The notes beneath the pieces are model-generated. The model made no database searches and was not told the DNA's origin. It saw nothing but the letters and a program-made list of their open reading frames with translations. 32,738 nt of DNA from an uncultured Thermotogae bacterium (lineage in GTDB: Bacteria > Bipolaricaulota > Bipolaricaulia > M55B111): contig CAZRDU010000004.1 in the NCBI GenBank assembly GCA_964599005.1, forward strand, positions 1 to 32,738. Direction: 5' to 3'. The stretch's first letter is position 1. Each line of letters starts with the position of its first letter. Both the position numbers and the translations under genes were made by a program. Positions 27,307 to 32,738 of this stretch are shown here, piece by piece.

Positions 27307-28317
27307 ATGAGTGATTACTGTGTCGGAATCATCGGTGCACTTGGAGCTGTCGGTGAGCAGATGAGGGATATCCTCGCGGATAGTTCGATAGATATCGGGG
27401 AAGTAAAGATGTTTGAACGACCGGAACTCGAAGGAGAGACCGCAATGTTTGACGGGGTAGAGATACCCTGTGAGGTCGCCACTGAGGACAACCTGGCGGA
27501 GTGCGACCTTGCCACTATGTCAGCCGGTTCGGCTGCCTCGGAAAAGCTTGCTCCTCTTGCAGCTGACGCGGGATGCGTTATAGTCGACAACTCAAGTCAG
27601 TGGCGGATGGATCCTCAGGTGCCGCTGGTCGTCCCCGAGGTTAATCCGGAAGATCTCGACTGGCACGAGGGAATCGTGGCAAATCCGAACTGTTCTACGA
27701 TCCAGATGGTAATGGCTTTGAAACCAATTCACGATGAGTACGTTATACAAAGGGTCGTGGTCTCTACATATCAGGCCGTCTCTGGCTCGGGTGTCGATGC
27801 GATAGAAGAGCTTAAGGAGCAGACGGAAAGTATAGTAAAGGGGGAAGAACCGGAAGCCAGTGTCTATCCTCATCGGATAGCCTTTAACGCTTTGCCGCAT
27901 ATAGACGTCTTTCAGGAGAACGATTATACGAAAGAAGAGATGAAGATGGTAAACGAAACAGAGAAAATTATCAGTGAAGATATCGCGGTTAGTCCCACCG
28001 CGGTACGGTTACCTATCTACCGTTCTCACGCCGAGTCAATCAACATCGAAACGGAAAAATCACTTGATCCAGAGGGCGTCAAAAGACTGATGGAAGAGGC
28101 TCCTGGAGTGAGGTTACAGGATGATCCGAAGAACGAAGAATACCCTCTACCAGTTCAGGCAGAAGGAAAAGACGAGGTCTTCGTTGGCAGAATAAGGCGT
28201 GACCCTACAGTGGATAACGGGATGAACTTCTGGGTGGTAGCTGACAACTTAAGGAAGGGCGCGGCACTGAATACTGTACAGATAGCTGAAAGTCTCGTTG
28301 AGAGAGATCTAGTCTAA
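27307..28317 (+). CDS. asd: Aspartate-semialdehyde dehydrogenase
   Basis: GALGAVG, DNSSQWRMDPQVPLVVPEVN, ANPNCST, STYQAVSGSG, DNLRKGAALN. ATG 27307 follows GGAGG. Confidence 0.97.
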   Translation: MSDYCVGIIGALGAVGEQMRDILADSSIDIGEVKMFERPELEGETAMFDGVEIPCEVATEDNLAECDLATMSAGSAASEKLAPLAADAGCVIVDNSSQWRMDPQVPLVVPEVNPEDLDWHEGIVANPNCSTIQMVMALKPIHDEYVIQRVVVSTYQAVSGSGVDAIEELKEQTESIVKGEEPEASVYPHRIAFNALPHIDVFQENDYTKEEMKMVNETEKIISEDIAVSPTAVRLPIYRSHAESINIETEKSLDPEGVKRLMEEAPGVRLQDDPKNEEYPLPVQAEGKDEVFVGRIRRDPTVDNGMNFWVVADNLRKGAALNTVQIAESLVERDLV

Positions 28318-28342
28318 ATCTTGTAGCGTGGAGGTGGTTGCA

Positions 28343-29494
28343 ATGTCCAGAGTCGTGAAAAAGTTTGGAGGAACTTCACTTGCAGGCCAGGATAAGATAG
28401 AATATGCCGTTGAAGAAGTCGTTCGTGATCTGGAAAAGGATAAAGAGGTTACCGTCGTGGTATCGGCGATGGGTGCGGCGGGAGATCCCTACGCCACCGA
28501 CACGTTAATTGATCTCCTCAGTGATGTTTCACCTGAAATAGACTCACGGAAGCAGGACCTTATGATGTCCTGTGGCGAGATAATATCGGCTTCTTTATTT
28601 GCCCATTATCTCGACCGCGAAGGTTACCCCGCAGTTCCGATGACGGGATATTCAGCTGGTATTTATACTGACGGTAATTTTGGTAACGCGCAGGTAATAG
28701 ACGTGGATACTGCCAGAATCAATCAGCATACCATGGAGGGAAAACCCGTGGTGCTGGCAGGGTTTCAGGGCAGGACTGTTGATGGAGAACTCACCACTCT
28801 GGGAAGAGGGGGGAGCGATACCACGGCTCTGGTGGTAGGGGAAAAGCTGGGGGCGGATATTGTAGAAATTTATACGGATGTTCCGGGGGTAGGGGTAACT
28901 GAGCCCGATATAGTCGACCAGCCGCGCTATTTTTCGACCATTTCGAGAAGATCACTTCTTCATCTGGCTGAGAACGGAGCCGAGGTAATCCATCCGCCAG
29001 CAGTCACCAGAGCTCGGGAATCCGGTACCCCGATTGTGATAAAGTCCACCTGGAACAGGAGTAATGAAACGATAGTCGAAGGAGATTCCGTTGTTCCGGA
29101 TCATCCGGTAGGGATAGCCGTGCAGCACGATTATACAATGCTTGAAGGGGATAGCAAAAAAATCAACAGGGATCAAACACTTGCCAGTAGAGCGGAAGAA
29201 GTATTTTACGTTGACGGCGAGAGAAGCATAGCTCTTGTCCCTGATGAGAACACGCCCCAGAAGAACGGCTACAGGAGACGTGAAGGGGTGAGTCTCGTTA
29301 CCATGGTCGTGACGGATCCCGCTCTGACGGTTAAGGCGAGGCAGAAAATTCTTAATTCTCTTCCAGGCGAGAGTTTTTTGGAAAAATTCTTTACCGATTA
29401 TGGATTGAAGTTCGTCGTAAGCAAAGAAGAACATGAATCCTTAATTAGGAGTATATACGACGTGTTTTACGAAGCCGCTGTTCCGGTCCAGTAA
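28343..29494 (+). CDS. dapG: Aspartate kinase, DapG (aspartokinase I)-like
   Basis: KFGGTS, VVVSAMG..GDPYATDTL, SCGE, TTLGRGGSDTTA, YTDV. ATG 28343 follows GGAGGTG. Confidence 0.88.
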   Translation: MSRVVKKFGGTSLAGQDKIEYAVEEVVRDLEKDKEVTVVVSAMGAAGDPYATDTLIDLLSDVSPEIDSRKQDLMMSCGEIISASLFAHYLDREGYPAVPMTGYSAGIYTDGNFGNAQVIDVDTARINQHTMEGKPVVLAGFQGRTVDGELTTLGRGGSDTTALVVGEKLGADIVEIYTDVPGVGVTEPDIVDQPRYFSTISRRSLLHLAENGAEVIHPPAVTRARESGTPIVIKSTWNRSNETIVEGDSVVPDHPVGIAVQHDYTMLEGDSKKINRDQTLASRAEEVFYVDGERSIALVPDENTPQKNGYRRREGVSLVTMVVTDPALTVKARQKILNSLPGESFLEKFFTDYGLKFVVSKEEHESLIRSIYDVFYEAAVPVQ

Positions 29495-29853
29495 GCTGTT
29501 TTTTATTCCGGGCGTTCGACAAAGACAAAAGTTTCGTTCTGGGAACGACGAAATTTCTGACGGAATTAGCCCGGGAGCTGGTGCTTAAGTAACTCTTAAG
29601 TTTTCCAGTTGTTCAATTTTTATTAAGAAATTCACCCGGCGCCAGTACCAATCCTTCGGGCGTGGGGCCTGATTAAACCTTTAGCCTGCAAATCCAAGAT
29701 GGGATAGCACCTGAAAGGCCTCTTAAATATCTATTTTTTTCAGCCCCTACCTGCTTTTAACCCCCCAGGATGTCAATAATACCGCGCGATCTTGAGCTTG
29801 ACTGGGCAAACTCCGGCTTTCTCTATGGATTTTCAAAAAACTCCCCAATAAAT

Positions 29854-29881
29854 TAGACAAGCAGGCGCAAGTTGATATAAT
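29854..29881 (+). promoter_or_regulatory. Sigma70-type promoter for aminotransferase-pckA
   Basis: TAGACA (29854-59), 16 bp, TGA-TATAAT (extended -10; hexamer 29876-81). Confidence 0.6.
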
Positions 29882-29929
29882 TTTTCGGGAAGAAAAAAAT
29901 CATTGAATTTCCGAGGGGGAGAAAAACAG

Positions 29930-31027
29930 ATGAATTCCAAAGAGGGGACTATAAACTTCAATCGTGGTATCCCTGCGCCAGAAGCAATTCCTGTTGGTGC
30001 TGCAAAAGAAGCTGCGTCGGCGATATTCGAAGGTGATGGAAAAACCGTACTCGAGTATAGTGACTCGAGCGGTTATCCTCCGCTGAGAAGGAAAATTGCG
30101 GAGGGCTATGAAGGGGTCACCGCCGATGGGGTTCTTTTGAGTAACGGGTCATTACAGCTACTTGATCTGATTGCCCGCTTTTACCTGGGAGGCGAAAAGG
30201 TAGTAGTTGTAGAAAGACCGACGTATGACCGAGCAATAACGATATTTGAAAGAGCGGGGGCGGAAGTTAAGGGGGTTGATCTCGAAGGAGACGGGGTAAA
30301 AGTAGAAGAACTGGCAAACACCTTTGAGAAACATCGACCCGAATTATATTACACAATTCCGGACTTTCAGAACCCCACCGGTGCCACAACTACGACGAAA
30401 AAGAGAAAGGAAGTCGCCGGGCTGTTAGATGAGTACGACGTAAAAGCCGTCGAAGATTCTCCCTACCGGAGATTGCGTTATGCCGGCGAAACCAGACCTT
30501 CTTTAAGAAGCTTGAACCCGGAGTCGGTCATCCAGACATCGTCTTTTAGCAAGTTAGTTAGCCCGGGAGTGAGAGTTGGCTGGCTCGTGGCTAATTCTTC
30601 CCTGGCGAATAAGATATCTACTTTCGCCGAAGATACATATATCTCGCCAAATATTCTGGGTCAGGGTATAGTTACCCGGTTGATTAAAAATGGGTGGCTG
30701 GAAGAGAACATTGAGAGGCTCAAATCCCTTTACCGTCCAAGGCTTGAAGCAACTCTGGAGAACCTAGAAAGGCATTTTCCGGAAGCAAATTGGGTGGAAG
30801 CCGAAGGTGGCTTTTTCGTGGGGGTCTGGCTCCCTGATGGCGAACGGAGCGATCTATTTTACGAAAAGGCACGATCGAGGGGGTTGGCTCTGACGTCACC
30901 CGGAGGTTTTTTCCCGGATAAAGGAGGTGGAAGCTTTCTAAGGCTACCTTTTCCCGCGTTAAACCCGAGGGAGATAGAAAGCGGAATCAAGAGGATAGCT
31001 GAGGTGTGGAAAGACATCAATAGTTAA
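29930..31027 (+). CDS. PLP-dependent class I/II aminotransferase (LysN/ARO8-like)
   Basis: FNRGIP, GYPPLR, YTIPDFQNPTG, EDSPY, SFSKLVSPGVRVGW, GGFF. ATG 29930 follows GAGGGGGAG. Confidence 0.9.
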   Translation: MNSKEGTINFNRGIPAPEAIPVGAAKEAASAIFEGDGKTVLEYSDSSGYPPLRRKIAEGYEGVTADGVLLSNGSLQLLDLIARFYLGGEKVVVVERPTYDRAITIFERAGAEVKGVDLEGDGVKVEELANTFEKHRPELYYTIPDFQNPTGATTTTKKRKEVAGLLDEYDVKAVEDSPYRRLRYAGETRPSLRSLNPESVIQTSSFSKLVSPGVRVGWLVANSSLANKISTFAEDTYISPNILGQGIVTRLIKNGWLEENIERLKSLYRPRLEATLENLERHFPEANWVEAEGGFFVGVWLPDGERSDLFYEKARSRGLALTSPGGFFPDKGGGSFLRLPFPALNPREIESGIKRIAEVWKDINS

Positions 31028-31040
31028 AAAAGGAGGGGTT

Positions 31041-32684
31041 ATGAATTTACGGAAAAAAATTGATCGGAGTTTAAAAAACCATTCTAACGTAACAAGGAAT
31101 CCCTGCCGGGGGGATCTCGTAGAAGAAGCGGTGAACAGGGGAGAGGCTTTTGTCAGTAAGAACGGAGCTCTGGCTACCTGGACACCACCGGAATCCACGG
31201 GAAGAAGTCCGAAAGATACTCTGATAGTGCAGCGTGAGGAAAGTAGAAAAAAAATTGATTGGAGCTCTCCAAACAACATACCGCTGGACCCTGAAACATT
31301 TCAGCTCGTGTTTGAAGACGCGTTAAGTCTAATGGCGGATAAGAAGAACTTATTTCAAACGAACCGGGTCATCGGAGCGGATCCGGCCTACGCATTACCT
31401 ACAAGAACAATTACCAGTCGCGCGCTTACTTCCTTGTTCACTTTAAATATGTTTAGGCCCATTCCCGAAGATGTCGAAAGAAGTACATTCGCTAATTCCC
31501 CGTTTAATTTACTGGTATTCCCCTATGATAAATTGAACAGTGATAAATACGAAGGCAGGCTCAGGCAACTGGAAGACGGAGGCACCACGGATATGATCGT
31601 TGCCATGGACTTTGACCGTTTTCTCGGGGTGGTAATAGGCTCTGCTTACCTGGGGACAGTGAAAAAGTTAATGTTTACGGTTATGAACTATCTTCTGCCC
31701 GACGAAGACGTCCTACCGCTCCATTGCTCGGCAAATGAGGACGAAAAAGGTAATTCCGCGTTATTGCTCGGGCTTTCCGGCACCGGAAAAACTACCCTGT
31801 CTGCTGATCCTGACCGGGCACTTCTCGGGGATGACGAACACGGCTGGGGGAATCGTGGAATAGCCAATTTCGAAAACGGCTGTTATGCCAAACTAATAGA
31901 TCTACAGAAGGACGAAGAACCGGAAATCTGGGAAGCTATTATGCATGAAGAGGATTACCGGAAACACGGTGCGATAGTGGAAAACGCACTTATGTACCCT
32001 AATGGCGAATTTGACTTTTTTGACAGCAGGCTAACACCGAACTCGAGGGGGTCATATCCACTTGACTACCTTACAAATATCAAGAAGTCTTCAGTTGCTG
32101 ATCATCCCGAAACGATACTGTTTTTGACAGCTGATGCCAACGGGGTAATTCCTCCGATCTCCAAACTTGACCCTAATCAGGCAATGCTCTGGTTTCTCAT
32201 GGGGTATACGAGCAAAATCCCGGGAACTGAAACTGGTTTAACCCAACCAAAGTCGGTTTTCTCCCGTTTTTTTGGACAGCCTTTTATGCCAAGGAATCCC
32301 GACGTGTATTCCGAAATGCTGGGGGGAAAAATGAAAAAACACGGCACGGACGTCTATCTAATAAATACGGGCTGGACCGGTGGCCCTTACGGGGAAGGGG
32401 AAAGAATAGATCTGGGATATACCCGGGCGATGGTTGATGCTGCCCTGAATGGCGATCTCGCTGATATTGATTATGATGAAGGTGAATATTTTCAATTATC
32501 CAGACCTGTTAGCTGTCCCGGGGTACCGAATGAATTATTGAATCCCCGTAATACATGGGAGGACGAGGAGGCTTTCAAGTCCAGGGCCGAGAAACTCGTT
32601 CATGAGTTTTCGGAGTATTTTGAAGAACACTACGGAGAGAAAGACATCAAAGAAGAAGTCGTGGAAGAGTGTCCGGTTAAATAA
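31041..32684 (+). CDS. pckA: Phosphoenolpyruvate carboxykinase (ATP)
   Basis: TGRSPKD, LHCSAN, GLSGTGKTTLS, GDDEHGW, NFENGCYAK, YLINTGWTGG. Confidence 0.97.
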   Translation: MNLRKKIDRSLKNHSNVTRNPCRGDLVEEAVNRGEAFVSKNGALATWTPPESTGRSPKDTLIVQREESRKKIDWSSPNNIPLDPETFQLVFEDALSLMADKKNLFQTNRVIGADPAYALPTRTITSRALTSLFTLNMFRPIPEDVERSTFANSPFNLLVFPYDKLNSDKYEGRLRQLEDGGTTDMIVAMDFDRFLGVVIGSAYLGTVKKLMFTVMNYLLPDEDVLPLHCSANEDEKGNSALLLGLSGTGKTTLSADPDRALLGDDEHGWGNRGIANFENGCYAKLIDLQKDEEPEIWEAIMHEEDYRKHGAIVENALMYPNGEFDFFDSRLTPNSRGSYPLDYLTNIKKSSVADHPETILFLTADANGVIPPISKLDPNQAMLWFLMGYTSKIPGTETGLTQPKSVFSRFFGQPFMPRNPDVYSEMLGGKMKKHGTDVYLINTGWTGGPYGEGERIDLGYTRAMVDAALNGDLADIDYDEGEYFQLSRPVSCPGVPNELLNPRNTWEDEEAFKSRAEKLVHEFSEYFEEHYGEKDIKEEVVEECPVK

Positions 32685-32738
32685 CGAGAAAGATTAATTT
32701 TACATTGAACTGTGAATCCGGTAACAATATTATTGACG

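Noticed and set aside
29630-29730. TPP- or glycine-riboswitch-like words (GGGGCCTGA...ACC...CCTG; CACCTGAAAGG)
   Set aside because: Core motifs (CTGAGA, ACCTGA/TAAT; GGAGA/CTCTCAGG) are incomplete, and the region is upstream of the predicted promoter.

Overview
A gene-dense bacterial chromosomal window with no rRNA, tRNA, CRISPR array, transposase or prophage that I can recognise. In order it contains: a partial processive GT2 glycosyltransferase (missed by the ORF track) with a HEAT-repeat partner; a ferritin-like protein; a DUF1624 acyltransferase; a four-gene archaeal-type dye-linked proline/sarcosine dehydrogenase cluster; dGTPase; a small beta-barrel-like exported protein; a PfkB kinase; a HAD hydrolase; an alpha/beta hydrolase-recF-dciA-hslVU run; thrS; metK divergent from a pyrrolysine-free MttB-family methyltransferase and a BCCT betaine transporter; and an aspartate-to-threonine cluster (thrC, ApgM-like putative homoserine kinase, hom, asd, DapG-like aspartokinase, PLP aminotransferase, pckA). 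Acidic proteins and betaine-use genes suggest an anaerobic halophile, possibly Bipolaricaulota/KB1-like (inference only). The two most notable unannotated signals are non-coding or tiny: (1) a 43-aa Ser/Thr/Met-rich leader peptide upstream of thrC with mutually exclusive RNA helices, and (2) a ~300-nt extensively base-paired element between hom and asd that fits no RNA family I recognise. All structures were paired by eye; no folding or database search was run.
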